A stretch of 64,000 bases of DNA, from assembly GCF_044647545.1 (NCBI RefSeq), contig NZ_CP172818.1, one strand, 5' to 3'. Of this stretch, positions 32,560 through 43,411 are shown in pieces. Source of the DNA: Escherichia coli. Lineage in GTDB: Bacteria; Pseudomonadota; Gammaproteobacteria; Enterobacterales; Enterobacteriaceae. The translations under genes were made by a program, and so were the position numbers. A model generated the notes under the pieces. The model made no database searches and was not told where the DNA came from. It worked only from the letters and a program-made list of their open reading frames with translations. The stretch's first letter is position 1. Every line of letters starts with the position of its first letter.

Positions 32560-33132
32560 TTGACACTGTCATCGCAACATTATCTGGTGATCACTGCGTT
32601 GGGTGCCGATCGCCCTGGAATAGTGAACACCATCACCCGTCATGTCAGTAGTTGCGGCTGTAATATTGAAGACAGTCGCCTGGCGATGCTGGGAGAAGAG
32701 TTCACGTTTATCATGCTGCTTTCCGGTTCATGGAATGCCATTACTCTGATTGAATCAACGTTACCGTTGAAAGGTGCCGAACTGGATCTTTTAATCGTGA
32801 TGAAGCGCACGACGGCGCGTCCGCGTCCGCCAATGCCAGCATCTGTCTGGGTTCAGGTCGATGTGGCAGACTCCCCGCATTTAATTGAACGCTTCACAGC
32901 ACTTTTCGACGCGCATCATATGAACATTGCGGAGCTGGTGTCGCGCACGCAACCTGCTGAAAATGAACGGGCTGCGCAGTTGCATATTCAGATAACTGCC
33001 CACAGCCCCGCATCTGCGGACGCAGCAAATATTGAGCAAGCGTTCAAAGCCCTATGTACAGAACTCAATGCACAAGGCAGTATTAACGTCGTCAATTATT
33101 CCCAACATGATGAACAGGATGGAGTTAAGTAA
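32560..33132 (+). CDS. gcvR: glycine cleavage system transcriptional repressor GcvR
   Basis: TTG at 32560 gives 190 aa (M)TLSSQHYLVITALGADRPG..., ACT-domain protein; track ORF starts at an upstream ATG. Confidence 0.8.
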   Translation: MTLSSQHYLVITALGADRPGIVNTITRHVSSCGCNIEDSRLAMLGEEFTFIMLLSGSWNAITLIESTLPLKGAELDLLIVMKRTTARPRPPMPASVWVQVDVADSPHLIERFTALFDAHHMNIAELVSRTQPAENERAAQLHIQITAHSPASADAANIEQAFKALCTELNAQGSINVVNYSQHDEQDGVK

Positions 33133-33602
33133 TGAATCCACTGAAAGCCGGTGATATCGCACCGAAATTTAGCTTGCCGGATCAAGACGGAGAACAAGTT
33201 AATTTGACCGACTTCCAGGGACAGCGTGTTCTGGTTTATTTCTACCCGAAAGCCATGACCCCCGGCTGTACCGTACAGGCCTGCGGCTTACGCGATAACA
33301 TGGATGAGTTGAAAAAAGCGGGCGTTGATGTGCTGGGTATCAGCACCGATAAACCCGAAAAACTCTCCCGTTTTGCGGAAAAAGAGCTGCTTAACTTTAC
33401 GCTCCTGTCTGATGAGGACCACCAGGTGTGCGAACAATTCGGCGTCTGGGGTGAAAAGTCCTTCATGGGCAAAACCTACGATGGTATTCATCGCATCAGC
33501 TTCCTGATTGACGCTGATGGCAAAATCGAACATGTTTTTGACGATTTCAAAACCAGCAATCACCACGACGTTGTGCTGAACTGGCTGAAAGAACACGCCT
33601 GA
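33132..33602 (+). CDS. bcp: thiol peroxidase Bcp (peroxiredoxin)
   Basis: 156-aa ORF with peroxidatic motif PKAMTPGCT. Confidence 0.95.
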   Translation: MNPLKAGDIAPKFSLPDQDGEQVNLTDFQGQRVLVYFYPKAMTPGCTVQACGLRDNMDELKKAGVDVLGISTDKPEKLSRFAEKELLNFTLLSDEDHQVCEQFGVWGEKSFMGKTYDGIHRISFLIDADGKIEHVFDDFKTSNHHDVVLNWLKEHA

Positions 33603-33656
33603 TTACTTTGCTCCATTCCGTGCTGGCTGCGCTTGCGGTCAGCACACCTCACTTCT

Positions 33657-33672
33657 CGTGATCAAGATCACA
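33657..33672. promoter_or_regulatory. CRP/FNR-class palindrome upstream of hyf promoter
   Basis: cGTGATCaagaTCACA: perfect GTGA-N6-TCAC core, 14-bp perfect inverted repeat gtgatcaagatcac. Confidence 0.4.
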
Positions 33673-33797
33673 TTCTCGCTTTCCCCTGCGACACGGGTGT
33701 CGAATCCATTTATTGCTGAACGTTAATGACCATCATTTTTGTACCGTTCAGAATCCAGTTAACACATAAATTATTGAATATATTAAATTAATCAGAC

Positions 33798-33814
33798 TGG
33801 CATCCTTTATGCAA
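33798..33814 (+). promoter_or_regulatory. sigma54 (-24/-12) promoter of the hyf operon
   Basis: TGGCATC-N4-ATGCA with GG and GC 12 nt apart; about 40 bp upstream of hyfA ATG, which has an AAGGAG SD. Confidence 0.6.
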
Positions 33815-33854
33815 TATGAAATGCAATGTTTCATATCATTTTCAAGGAGCCGAC

Positions 33855-34472
33855 ATGAACCGCTTTGTGGTGGCCGAACCACTGTGGTGTACAGGATGTA
33901 ATACCTGTCTCGCTGCCTGTTCGGACGTGCATAAAACGCAAGGTTTACAGCAACACCCGCGCCTGGCCCTGGCGAAGACGTCAACACTCACTGCCCCTGT
34001 CGTGTGTCATCACTGTGAGGAAGCCCCTTGCCTGCAGGTCTGCCCGGTCAATGCCATCTCCCAGAGGGACGATGCGATCCAACTCAACGAAAGCCTCTGT
34101 ATTGGCTGCAAGCTTTGCGCCGTGGTCTGCCCATTTGGCGCAATCAGCGCTTCAGGAAGCCGTCCGGTGAATGCCCCTGCGCAATATGTTTTTCAGGCTG
34201 AGGGCTCACTCAAAGACGGCGAAGAAAACGCGCCAACCCAACATGCTTTGCTGCGCTGGGAACCGGGTGTCCAGACCGTCGCGGTGAAATGCGACCTGTG
34301 TGATTTCTTGCCAGAAGGTCCGGCCTGCGTTCGCGCTTGTCCGAATCAGGCGTTACGGCTGATCACCGACGATAGCCTGCAACGTCAGATGAAAGAAAAA
34401 CAGCGCCTTGCCGCAAGCTGGTTTGCCAATGGCGGGGAGGATCCCCTTTCCCTCACTCAGGAGCAACGCTAA
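33855..34472 (+). CDS. hyfA: hydrogenase-4 ferredoxin-type subunit HyfA
   Basis: ATG at 33855 gives 205 aa MNRFVVAEPLWCTGCNTC...; four Cys clusters. Confidence 0.9.
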   Translation: MNRFVVAEPLWCTGCNTCLAACSDVHKTQGLQQHPRLALAKTSTLTAPVVCHHCEEAPCLQVCPVNAISQRDDAIQLNESLCIGCKLCAVVCPFGAISASGSRPVNAPAQYVFQAEGSLKDGEENAPTQHALLRWEPGVQTVAVKCDLCDFLPEGPACVRACPNQALRLITDDSLQRQMKEKQRLAASWFANGGEDPLSLTQEQR

Positions 34473-36490
34473 TGGATGCCCTGCAATTATTAACCTGGTC
34501 GCTGATCCTCTATCTGTTTGCCAGTCTGGCTTCGCTATTTTTACTCGGTCTGGACAGACTGGCTATTAAGCTTTCCGGCATCACATCGCTGGTGGGCGGC
34601 GTGATTGGCATCATCAGCGGAATTACGCAATTACATGCAGGCGTAACTTTAGCCGCCCGTTTTGCCACACCTTTTGAATTTGCCGATTTAACCCTGCGAA
34701 TGGATAGCCTCTCGGCATTTATGGTGCTGGTTATCTCCTTGCTGGTGGTGGTTTGTTCGCTCTATTCATTGACTTATATGCGCGAATACGAGGGTAAAGG
34801 CGCGGCGGCGATGGGCTTCTTTATGAATCTTTTCATCGCATCGATGGTTGCCCTGCTGGTGATGGACAACGCTTTTTGGTTCATCGTGCTGTTTGAAATG
34901 ATGTCGCTGTCTTCCTGGTTTCTGGTCATTGCCAGGCAGGATAAAACGTCGATCAACGCTGGCATGCTCTACTTTTTTATCGCCCACGCCGGATCGGTGC
35001 TGATTATGATCGCCTTCTTGCTGATGGGGCGCGAAAGCGGCAGCCTCGATTTTGCCAGTTTCCGCACGCTTTCACTTTCTCCGGGGCTGGCGTCGGCGGT
35101 GTTCCTGCTGGCCTTTTTCGGTTTTGGCGCGAAAGCCGGGATGATGCCGTTGCACAGCTGGTTGCCGCGCGCTCACCCTGCCGCACCATCGCACGCTTCG
35201 GCGTTGATGTCTGGCGTAATGGTCAAAATCGGTATTTTCGGCATCCTTAAAGTAGCGATGGATCTGCTGGCGCAAACGGATTTGCCGCTGTGGTGGGGCA
35301 TTCTGGTGATGGCGATCGGCGCAATCTCCGCGCTCCTGGGCGTGCTATATGCGCTGGCGGAACAGGATATCAAACGGCTGCTGGCCTGGAGTACCGTCGA
35401 AAACGTCGGCATTATTTTGCTGGCGGTCGGTGTGGCGATGGTCGGTCTGTCACTGCACGACCCGCTGCTCACCGTTGTTGGACTGCTCGGCGCGCTGTTT
35501 CATCTGCTCAACCATGCGCTGTTCAAAGGGCTGCTGTTTCTCGGCGCGGGCGCAATTATTTCGCGTTTGCATACCCACGACATGGAAAAAATGGGGGCAC
35601 TGGCGAAACGGATGCCGTGGACAGCCGCAGCATGCCTGATTGGTTGCCTCGCGATATCAGCCATTCCTCCGCTGAATGGTTTTATCAGCGAATGGTACAC
35701 CTGGCAGTCGCTGTTCTCACTAAGTCGTGTGGAAGCCGTAGCGCTACAACTTGCGGGTCCTATTGCTATGGTGATGCTGGCAGTCACTGGTGGGCTGGCA
35801 GTAATGTGCTTCGTCAAAATGTACGGCATTACTTTCTGTGGTGCGCCGCGCAGTACACACGCTGAAGAGGCACAGGACGTGCCAAATACGATGATCGTCG
35901 CCATGCTACTGCTCGCGGCACTCTGCGTATTCATTGCGCTTAGTGCCAGTTGGCTGGCACCGAAGATAATGCACATTGCCCATGCGTTTACCAATACCCC
36001 TCCCGTCACTGTCGCCAGCGGAATAGCACTTGTACCCGGCACGTTTCATACACGGGTCACTCCCTCATTACTGTTGCTGTTACTACTGGCGATGCCTTTG
36101 CTGCCTGGCCTTTACTGGCTGTGGTGTCGTTCGCGCCGCGCAGCGTTTCGTCGCACAGGAGATGCCTGGGCATGCGGCTACGGCTGGGATAATGCGATGG
36201 CCCCGTCAGGCAATGGCGTGATGCAGCCGCTGCGTGTGGTCTTTTGTGCGCTATTTCGTCTACGACAACAGCTCGACCCTACGCTGAGGCTGAACAAAGG
36301 TCTTGCGCACGTCACCGCCAGGGCTCAGAGCACAGAACCCTTCTGGGATGAGCGGGTGATCCGCCCCATCGTGAGCGCCACCCAACGGCTGGCCAAAGAA
36401 ATACAGCATCTGCAAAGCGGCGACTTTCGTCTCTATTGCCTGTATGTGGTCGCCGCACTGGTTGTGCTGCTAATCGCTATTGCCGTCTAA
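34472..36490 (+). CDS. hyfB: hydrogenase-4 membrane subunit HyfB (NuoL/Mrp antiporter-like)
   Basis: 672-aa polytopic membrane ORF. Confidence 0.93.
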   Translation: MDALQLLTWSLILYLFASLASLFLLGLDRLAIKLSGITSLVGGVIGIISGITQLHAGVTLAARFATPFEFADLTLRMDSLSAFMVLVISLLVVVCSLYSLTYMREYEGKGAAAMGFFMNLFIASMVALLVMDNAFWFIVLFEMMSLSSWFLVIARQDKTSINAGMLYFFIAHAGSVLIMIAFLLMGRESGSLDFASFRTLSLSPGLASAVFLLAFFGFGAKAGMMPLHSWLPRAHPAAPSHASALMSGVMVKIGIFGILKVAMDLLAQTDLPLWWGILVMAIGAISALLGVLYALAEQDIKRLLAWSTVENVGIILLAVGVAMVGLSLHDPLLTVVGLLGALFHLLNHALFKGLLFLGAGAIISRLHTHDMEKMGALAKRMPWTAAACLIGCLAISAIPPLNGFISEWYTWQSLFSLSRVEAVALQLAGPIAMVMLAVTGGLAVMCFVKMYGITFCGAPRSTHAEEAQDVPNTMIVAMLLLAALCVFIALSASWLAPKIMHIAHAFTNTPPVTVASGIALVPGTFHTRVTPSLLLLLLLAMPLLPGLYWLWCRSRRAAFRRTGDAWACGYGWDNAMAPSGNGVMQPLRVVFCALFRLRQQLDPTLRLNKGLAHVTARAQSTEPFWDERVIRPIVSATQRLAKEIQHLQSGDFRLYCLYVVAALVVLLIAIAV

Positions 36491-36500
36491 GGAAATCACC

Positions 36501-37448
36501 ATGAGACAAACTCTTTGCGACGGATATCTGATCATTTTTGCGTTAGCACAGGCCGTGATTCTGCTGGCGCTAACCCCGCTTTTTACGGGGATTTCCCGGC
36601 AGATACGCGCGCGTATGCACTCCCGTCGCGGACCGGGGATCTGGCAGGATTATCGCGATATCCACAAACTGTTTAAACGCCAGGAAGTTGCGCCGACATC
36701 TTCAGGTCTGATGTTCCGCCTGATGCCGTGGGTATTAATCAGCAGCATGCTGGTGCTGGCGATGGCCCTACCACTATTTATTACTGTTTCCCCTTTTGCG
36801 GGCGGCGGCGATCTGATCACCCTTATCTATCTTCTTGCCCTATTTCGTTTTTTCTTTGCTCTTTCCGGGCTGGATACCGGAAGCCCCTTTGCGGGAATCG
36901 GTGCCAGTCGCGAGTTAACGCTCGGCATTCTGGTCGAACCCATGCTCATTCTCTCACTGCTGGTATTGGCGCTGATAGCGGATTCCACGCATATCGAGAT
37001 GATCAGCAAGACGCTGGCGACGGGCTGGAACTCGCCGCTAACCACCGTACTGGCGTTACTGGCCTGTGGTTTTGCCTGCTTCATTGAGATGGGAAAAATT
37101 CCCTTTGATGTTGCTGAAGCAGAACAGGAATTACAGGAAGGCCCGCTGACCGAATATTCCGGTGCCGGGCTGGCGCTGGCGAAGTTGGGGCTGGGGCTGA
37201 AACAGGTCGTGATGGCATCACTGTTTGTGGCCCTGTTTCTGCCCTTTGGGCGCGCGCAAGAGCTTTCTCTCACCTGCCTGCTGACTTCACTTGTCGTTAC
37301 GCTGCTCAAGGTTTTGCTGATTTTTGTTCTGGCCTCTATCGCAGAAAACACGCTGGCACGCGGGCGATTTTTACTCATTCACCATGTGACCTGGCTTGGC
37401 TTCAGCCTTGCTGCGCTTGCCTGGGTCTTCTGGTTAACCGGTCTGTAA
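36501..37448 (+). CDS. hyfC: hydrogenase-4 membrane subunit HyfC (NuoH-like)
   Basis: ATG at 36501 gives 315 aa MRQTLCDGYLIIF... Confidence 0.9.
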   Translation: MRQTLCDGYLIIFALAQAVILLALTPLFTGISRQIRARMHSRRGPGIWQDYRDIHKLFKRQEVAPTSSGLMFRLMPWVLISSMLVLAMALPLFITVSPFAGGGDLITLIYLLALFRFFFALSGLDTGSPFAGIGASRELTLGILVEPMLILSLLVLALIADSTHIEMISKTLATGWNSPLTTVLALLACGFACFIEMGKIPFDVAEAEQELQEGPLTEYSGAGLALAKLGLGLKQVVMASLFVALFLPFGRAQELSLTCLLTSLVVTLLKVLLIFVLASIAENTLARGRFLLIHHVTWLGFSLAALAWVFWLTGL

Positions 37449-37464
37449 GGAGCACTAACGGAAT

Positions 37465-38904
37465 ATGGAAAATCTTGCTCTGACGACGTTATTGCTGCCT
37501 TTTATCGGCGCACTGGTCGTTTCGTTTTCGCCACAACGTCGGGCCGCCGAATGGGGGGTTTTGTTCGCCGCGCTGACCACGCTGTGCATGTTGTCACTGA
37601 TCTCCGCGTTTTATCAGGCCGATAAAGTTGCCGTCACGTTGACGTTGGTCAACGTGGGGGATGTGGCGTTGTTTGGCCTGGTCATTGATCGCGTGAGTAC
37701 GCTGATTCTGTTTGTGGTGGTGTTCCTCGGTTTGCTGGTCACGATCTACTCCACGGGTTATCTGACGGATAAAAATCGCGAACACCTGCATAACGGCACG
37801 AATCGTTATTACGCATTTTTGCTGGTTTTTATCGGCGCGATGGCGGGACTGGTACTCTCCTCGACGCTGCTCGGTCAGTTGTTGTTTTTTGAAATTACGG
37901 GCGGCTGCTCCTGGGCGTTGATCAGTTATTACCAGAGCGATAAAGCGCAGCGTTCAGCACTAAAAGCGTTACTTATCACTCATATCGGTTCGCTGGGGTT
38001 GTATCTTGCCGCCGCCACGCTGTTTTTGCAGACCGGAACGTTTGCGCTTAGCGCGATGAGCGAGTTACACGGCGACGCACGTTATCTGGTTTATGGCGGC
38101 ATCCTGTTTGCCGCGTGGGGGAAATCGGCCCAGCTACCGATGCAAGCGTGGCTACCGGATGCAATGGAAGCGCCAACACCGATCAGCGCCTATCTCCACG
38201 CCGCATCGATGGTGAAAGTGGGCGTTTACATTTTTGCCCGTGCCATTATCGACGGCGGCAATATCCCGCATGTGATTGGCGGCGTTGGCATGGTTATGGC
38301 ACTGGTCACCATTCTTTACGGCTTCCTGATGTATTTGCCACAGCAGGATATGAAGCGGTTGCTGGCCTGGTCGACCATCACTCAACTTGGCTGGATGTTT
38401 TTCGGCTTGTCGCTCTCCATCTTCGGCTCGCGGCTGGCGCTGGAGGGCAGCATCGCCTACATCGTCAACCACGCGTTCGCTAAAAGCCTATTTTTCCTTG
38501 TAGCAGGTGCGCTGAGTTACAGCTGCGGCACGCGCTTGTTGCCGCGTCTGCGTGGCGTATTGCACACCCTGCCGTTGCCAGGCGTGGGTTTCTGCGTAGC
38601 CGCGCTGGCGATTACTGGCGTACCGCCGTTCAACGGCTTCTTCAGTAAATTCCCGCTGTTTGCCGCCGGTTTTTCGTTGTCAGTGGAGTACTGGATCCTG
38701 CTGCCCGCCATGATTCTGCTGATGTTTGAATCGGTCGCCAGTTTCGCCTGGTTTATTCGCTGGTTTGGTCGCGTCGTGCCTGGCAAACCGAGCGAGGCCG
38801 TCGCCGATGCCGCACCGCTGCCAGGATCAATGCGCCTGGTGTTGATTGTACTGATTGTGATGTCGCTGATTTCCAGCGTAATCGCCGCGACCTGGTTGCA
38901 GTAA
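37465..38904 (+). CDS. hyfD: hydrogenase-4 membrane subunit HyfD (antiporter-like)
   Basis: 479-aa polytopic membrane ORF. Confidence 0.93.
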   Translation: MENLALTTLLLPFIGALVVSFSPQRRAAEWGVLFAALTTLCMLSLISAFYQADKVAVTLTLVNVGDVALFGLVIDRVSTLILFVVVFLGLLVTIYSTGYLTDKNREHLHNGTNRYYAFLLVFIGAMAGLVLSSTLLGQLLFFEITGGCSWALISYYQSDKAQRSALKALLITHIGSLGLYLAAATLFLQTGTFALSAMSELHGDARYLVYGGILFAAWGKSAQLPMQAWLPDAMEAPTPISAYLHAASMVKVGVYIFARAIIDGGNIPHVIGGVGMVMALVTILYGFLMYLPQQDMKRLLAWSTITQLGWMFFGLSLSIFGSRLALEGSIAYIVNHAFAKSLFFLVAGALSYSCGTRLLPRLRGVLHTLPLPGVGFCVAALAITGVPPFNGFFSKFPLFAAGFSLSVEYWILLPAMILLMFESVASFAWFIRWFGRVVPGKPSEAVADAAPLPGSMRLVLIVLIVMSLISSVIAATWLQ

Positions 38905-38915
38905 GGAGATGATGA

Positions 38916-39566
38916 ATGACCGGTTCTATGATCGTAAATAATCTGGCGGGACTGATGATGCTGACATCGCTGTTTGTGATTAGCGTCAAAAGCTATCGCC
39001 TGTCATGCGGATTTTACGCCTGCCAGTCGCTGGTGCTGGTGTCTATTTTCGCCACCCTCTCGTGCCTGTTCGTCGCAGAGCAACTGCTGATCTGGTCCGC
39101 CAGCGCCTTTATCACCAAAGTGCTGCTGGTACCGTTAATCATGATTTACGCTGCACGAAATATTCCCCAGAACATCCCGGAAAAAGCGTTATTCGGTCCG
39201 GCTATGATGGCATTGCTCGCGGCATTAATTGTCCTGCTTTGCGCATTTGTCGTTCAGCCCGTGAAGCTACCGATGGCTACCGGGCTGAAACCGGCGCTGG
39301 CGGTGGCGTTAGGTCATTTTCTGCTTGGCCTGCTGTGCATTGTCAGCCAGCGCAATATCCTGCGGCAAATTTTTGGTTACTGCCTGATGGAAAACGGCTC
39401 CCATCTGGTGCTGGCGCTTCTTGCCTGGCGTGCACCGGAACTGGTGGAAATTGGTATCGCTACCGACGCCATCTTCGCCGTCATTGTGATGGTGTTACTG
39501 GCAAGAAAAATATGGCGTACCCACGGCACGCTGGACGTGAACAACTTGACCGCGCTGAAGGGATAA
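38916..39566 (+). CDS. hyfE: hydrogenase-4 membrane subunit HyfE
   Basis: 216-aa membrane ORF. Confidence 0.92.
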   Translation: MTGSMIVNNLAGLMMLTSLFVISVKSYRLSCGFYACQSLVLVSIFATLSCLFVAEQLLIWSASAFITKVLLVPLIMIYAARNIPQNIPEKALFGPAMMALLAALIVLLCAFVVQPVKLPMATGLKPALAVALGHFLLGLLCIVSQRNILRQIFGYCLMENGSHLVLALLAWRAPELVEIGIATDAIFAVIVMVLLARKIWRTHGTLDVNNLTALKG

Positions 39567-39570
39567 TGAG

Positions 39571-41151
39571 ATGAGTTATTCTGTGATGTTCGCTTTACTC
39601 CTGCTCACGCCGCTGCTTTTTTCGCTGCTCTGTTTTGCCTGCCGGAAATGGGGACACTCTGCGACTCGCACGGTGACAGTACTACATAGCTTAGGGATCA
39701 CACTGCTGCTGATTCTGACACTGTGGGTGGTCCAAACTGCCGCTGATGCGGGAGAAATATTCGCTGCGGGACTGTGGCTTCATATTGATGGTCTGGGCGG
39801 TTTGTTCCTCGCCATTCTTGGTGTGATTGGCTTTCTCACCGGTGTTTACTCGATTGGCTACATGCGTCATGAAGTGGCACACGGCGAGCTTTCACCCGTT
39901 ACGCTGTGCGATTACTACGGTTTCTTCCATCTGTTTTTGTTCACCATGCTGCTGGTTGTTACCAGCAATAACCTGATTGTGATGTGGGCGGCGATCGAAG
40001 CCACCACCTTAAGCTCGGCGTTTCTGGTAGGCATTTACGGTCAGCGTTCATCGCTGGAAGCTGCATGGAAGTACATCATTATTTGTACTGTTGGTGTCGC
40101 TTTTGGTCTGTTCGGTACCGTGCTGGTATACGCCAACGCCGCCAGCGTTATGCCGCAGGCAGAAATGGCGATATTCTGGAGCGAGGTTCTTAAGCAATCG
40201 TCCTTGCTTGACCCAACATTAATGCTGTTGGCCTTTGTGTTTGTGCTAATTGGCTTTGGCACCAAAACCGGGCTATTCCCCATGCACGCCTGGCTGCCAG
40301 ATGCTCACAGTGAAGCGCCGAGTCCGGTCAGCGCCCTGCTCTCCGCCGTATTGCTGAACTGCGCGCTATTGGTGCTGATTCGCTATTACATCATTATTTG
40401 CCAGGCCATCGGCAGCGATTTCCCCAACCGGTTGTTGCTCATCTTCGGCATGTTGTCGGTTGCCGTGGCGGCATTTTTCATTCTGGTACAGCGGGACATT
40501 AAGCGTCTGCTGGCGTACTCCAGCGTGGAGAACATGGGACTGGTCGCGGTGGCGTTAGGCATTGGCGGGCCGCTGGGAATTTTTGCCGCGCTGCTGCACA
40601 CCTTAAACCACAGTCTGGCAAAAACGCTGCTGTTCTGCGGTTCCGGCAATGTACTGCTCAAGTACGGCACGCGCGATCTCAACGTCGTCTGCGGAATGCT
40701 CAAAATCATGCCATTTACCGCCGTGCTGTTTGGCGGCGGTGCGCTGGCGCTGGCCGGGATGCCGCCCTTCAACATTTTTCTTAGCGAATTTATGACCGTT
40801 ACCGCCGGACTGGCGCGTAATCACCTGCTGATTATCGTCCTGCTGTTATTGCTGTTAACGCTGGTGCTGGCGGGCCTGGTACGGATGGCTGCGCGGGTGT
40901 TAATGGCGAAACCGCCGCAGGCCGTTAACCGGGGTGAACTTGGCTGGTTGACCACCTCGCCAATGGTGATTCTGCTGGTCATGATGCTGGCGATGGGAAC
41001 GCATATTCCACAACCTGTCATCAGGATCCTGGCGGGCGCTTCCACTATAGTCCTCTCAGGGACGCACGACCTGCCTGCACAACGTAGCACCTGGCATGAT
41101 TTTTTGCCTTCAGGCACCGCATCTGTTTCGGAGAAACACAGTGAACGTTAA
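39571..41151 (+). CDS. hyfF: hydrogenase-4 membrane subunit HyfF (antiporter-like)
   Basis: 526-aa polytopic membrane ORF. Confidence 0.93.
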   Translation: MSYSVMFALLLLTPLLFSLLCFACRKWGHSATRTVTVLHSLGITLLLILTLWVVQTAADAGEIFAAGLWLHIDGLGGLFLAILGVIGFLTGVYSIGYMRHEVAHGELSPVTLCDYYGFFHLFLFTMLLVVTSNNLIVMWAAIEATTLSSAFLVGIYGQRSSLEAAWKYIIICTVGVAFGLFGTVLVYANAASVMPQAEMAIFWSEVLKQSSLLDPTLMLLAFVFVLIGFGTKTGLFPMHAWLPDAHSEAPSPVSALLSAVLLNCALLVLIRYYIIICQAIGSDFPNRLLLIFGMLSVAVAAFFILVQRDIKRLLAYSSVENMGLVAVALGIGGPLGIFAALLHTLNHSLAKTLLFCGSGNVLLKYGTRDLNVVCGMLKIMPFTAVLFGGGALALAGMPPFNIFLSEFMTVTAGLARNHLLIIVLLLLLLTLVLAGLVRMAARVLMAKPPQAVNRGELGWLTTSPMVILLVMMLAMGTHIPQPVIRILAGASTIVLSGTHDLPAQRSTWHDFLPSGTASVSEKHSER

Positions 41152-42856
41152 TTCATCGTCAAATCGTGGCGAAGCGATTCTCGCCGCCCTGAAAACGCAG
41201 TTCCCCGGCGCGGTGCTGGATGAAGAGCGACAAACGCCTGAACAGGTCACCATTACGGTGAAAATCAATCTGCTGCCTGACGTTGTGCATTATCTTTATT
41301 ATCAACATGATGGCTGGCTTCCGGTCCTGTTTGGCAACGACGAGCGGACACTTAACGGTCATTACGCGGTTTATTATGCCCTTTCTATGGAAGGGGCCGA
41401 AAAATGCTGGATCGTGGTGAAGGCACTGGTCGATGCCGACAGTCGGGAGTTTCCGTCAGTCACACCGCGCGTCCCTGCCGCGGTCTGGGGCGAGCGAGAA
41501 ATTCGCGATATGTACGGGTTGATTCCGGTTGGCCAGCCGGATCAGCGTCGGCTGGTGTTGCCCGATGACTGGCCGGAAGATATGCATCCGCTGCGCAAAG
41601 ACGCGATGGATTATCGACTGCGCCCAGAACCGACGACTGATACCGAAACGTATCCGTTTATCAACGAGGGCAACAGCGATGCGCGGGTGATCCCTGTCGG
41701 CCCGCTGCATATCACCTCCGATGAACCAGGTCACTTCCGCTTGTTTGTGGATGGCGAGCAAATTGTCGATGCTGATTACCGCCTGTTTTATGTCCATCGC
41801 GGCATGGAGAAACTGGCAGAAACGCGGATGGGCTACAACGAAGTGACCTTCTTATCCGACCGCGTGTGTGGGATTTGCGGTTTTGCCCACAGTGTGGCCT
41901 ATACCAACTCGGTTGAAAATGCACTGGGGATTGAGGTGCCGCAACGAGCGCATACTATTCGCTCGATTCTGCTGGAAGTCGAACGGCTGCATAGTCATTT
42001 GCTCAACCTTGGCCTCTCCTGCCATTTTGTTGGTTTTGATACCGGCTTTATGCAATTTTTCCGCGTGCGGGAAAAGTCGATGACGATGGCGGAATTGCTG
42101 ACCGGGTCGCGTAAAACCTACGGTCTGAATCTGATTGGTGGTGTTCGCCGCGATATTCTCAAAGAGCAACGTCTGCAAACGCTGAAACTGGTGCGCGAGA
42201 TGCGCGCCGACGTGTCGGAGCTGGTAGAGATGTTGCTTGCCACGCCGAATATGGAACAACGCACTCAGGGCATTGGCATTCTCGACCGACAAATCGCCCG
42301 TGATTATAGCCCCGTAGGGCCGCTGATCCGCGGCAGTGGCTTTGCCCGTGATTTGCGCTTTGATCACCCCTACGCCGACTACGGCAATATTCCCAAAACG
42401 CTGTTTACCTTTACCGGCGGCGATGTCTTCTCCCGCGTGATGGTCCGTGTCAAAGAGACGTTTGATTCGCTGGCAATGCTGGAATTTGCCCTCGACAACA
42501 TGCCAGATACCCCACTGCTGACCGAAGGCTTTAGCTATAAACCTCACGCATTCGCGCTGGGCTTTGTTGAAGCGCCACGTGGTGAAGACGTGCACTGGAG
42601 CATGCTCGGTGATAACCAAAAATTGTTCCGCTGGCGCTGTCGTGCCGCCACCTACGCCAACTGGCCAGTGCTGCGTTACATGCTGCGCGGCAATACCGTT
42701 TCTGACGCACCGCTGATTATCGGTAGCCTTGATCCCTGTTACTCCTGTACCGACCGTGTGACGCTGGTTGATGTGCGCAAGCGCCAGTCAAAAACCGTGC
42801 CGTATAAAGAGATCGAACGCTACGGCATTGATCGTAACCGTTCGCCGCTGAAGTAA
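41141..42856 (+). CDS. hyfG: hydrogenase-4 [NiFe] large subunit HyfG
   Basis: N-terminal [11 protein letters not shown] and C-terminal DPCYSCTDR Ni-Fe ligand motifs; start placed at GTG 41141 ([13 protein letters not shown]...), exact start uncertain. Confidence 0.85.
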   Translation: MNVNSSSNRGEAILAALKTQFPGAVLDEERQTPEQVTITVKINLLPDVVHYLYYQHDGWLPVLFGNDERTLNGHYAVYYALSMEGAEKCWIVVKALVDADSREFPSVTPRVPAAVWGEREIRDMYGLIPVGQPDQRRLVLPDDWPEDMHPLRKDAMDYRLRPEPTTDTETYPFINEGNSDARVIPVGPLHITSDEPGHFRLFVDGEQIVDADYRLFYVHRGMEKLAETRMGYNEVTFLSDRVCGICGFAHSVAYTNSVENALGIEVPQRAHTIRSILLEVERLHSHLLNLGLSCHFVGFDTGFMQFFRVREKSMTMAELLTGSRKTYGLNLIGGVRRDILKEQRLQTLKLVREMRADVSELVEMLLATPNMEQRTQGIGILDRQIARDYSPVGPLIRGSGFARDLRFDHPYADYGNIPKTLFTFTGGDVFSRVMVRVKETFDSLAMLEFALDNMPDTPLLTEGFSYKPHAFALGFVEAPRGEDVHWSMLGDNQKLFRWRCRAATYANWPVLRYMLRGNTVSDAPLIIGSLDPCYSCTDRVTLVDVRKRQSKTVPYKEIERYGIDRNRSPLK

Positions 42857-42865
42857 GGACAGAAA

Positions 42866-43411
42866 ATGCTGAAGTTACTGAAAACTATTATGCGCGCCGG
42901 AACCGCGACGGTGAAATATCCCTTCGCGCCACTGGAGGTCAGCCCAGGCTTTCGCGGGAAACCGGACCTGATGCCCAGCCAATGTATTGCCTGCGGTGCC
43001 TGCGCCTGTGCTTGTCCGGCAAATGCGCTGACTATCCAGACCGACGACCAACAAAATACGCGCACCTGGCAGCTCTATCTGGGGCGTTGTATTTACTGCG
43101 GACGTTGTGAAGAAGTGTGCCCGACCAGAGCCATTCAGCTTACCAATAACTTTGAACTGACCGTCACCAATAAAGCCGATCTCTATACCCGCGCGACGTT
43201 TCATCTACAACGTTGCAGTCGTTGCGAACGCCCATTTGCCCCGCAAAAAACCGTCGCACTGGCTGCAGAACTGTTGGCACAGCAACAAAATGCGCCACAA
43301 AACCGCGAAATGTTGTGGGCGCAAGCGAGCATCTGCCCGGAATGCAAACAACGCGCGACGCTGATCAACGACGATACAGATGTACCGCTGGTGGCTAAGG
43401 AGCAGCTATGA
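42866..43411 (+). CDS. hyfH: hydrogenase-4 2x[4Fe-4S] ferredoxin subunit HyfH
   Basis: 181-aa ORF with [12 protein letters not shown] and [12 protein letters not shown]. Confidence 0.93.
   Translation: MLKLLKTIMRAGTATVKYPFAPLEVSPGFRGKPDLMPSQCIACGACACACPANALTIQTDDQQNTRTWQLYLGRCIYCGRCEEVCPTRAIQLTNNFELTVTNKADLYTRATFHLQRCSRCERPFAPQKTVALAAELLAQQQNAPQNREMLWAQASICPECKQRATLINDDTDVPLVAKEQL

Noticed and set aside
41852-42619. 255-aa minus-strand ORF antisense to hyfG
   Set aside because: Shadow ORF opposite the conserved hydrogenase large subunit.
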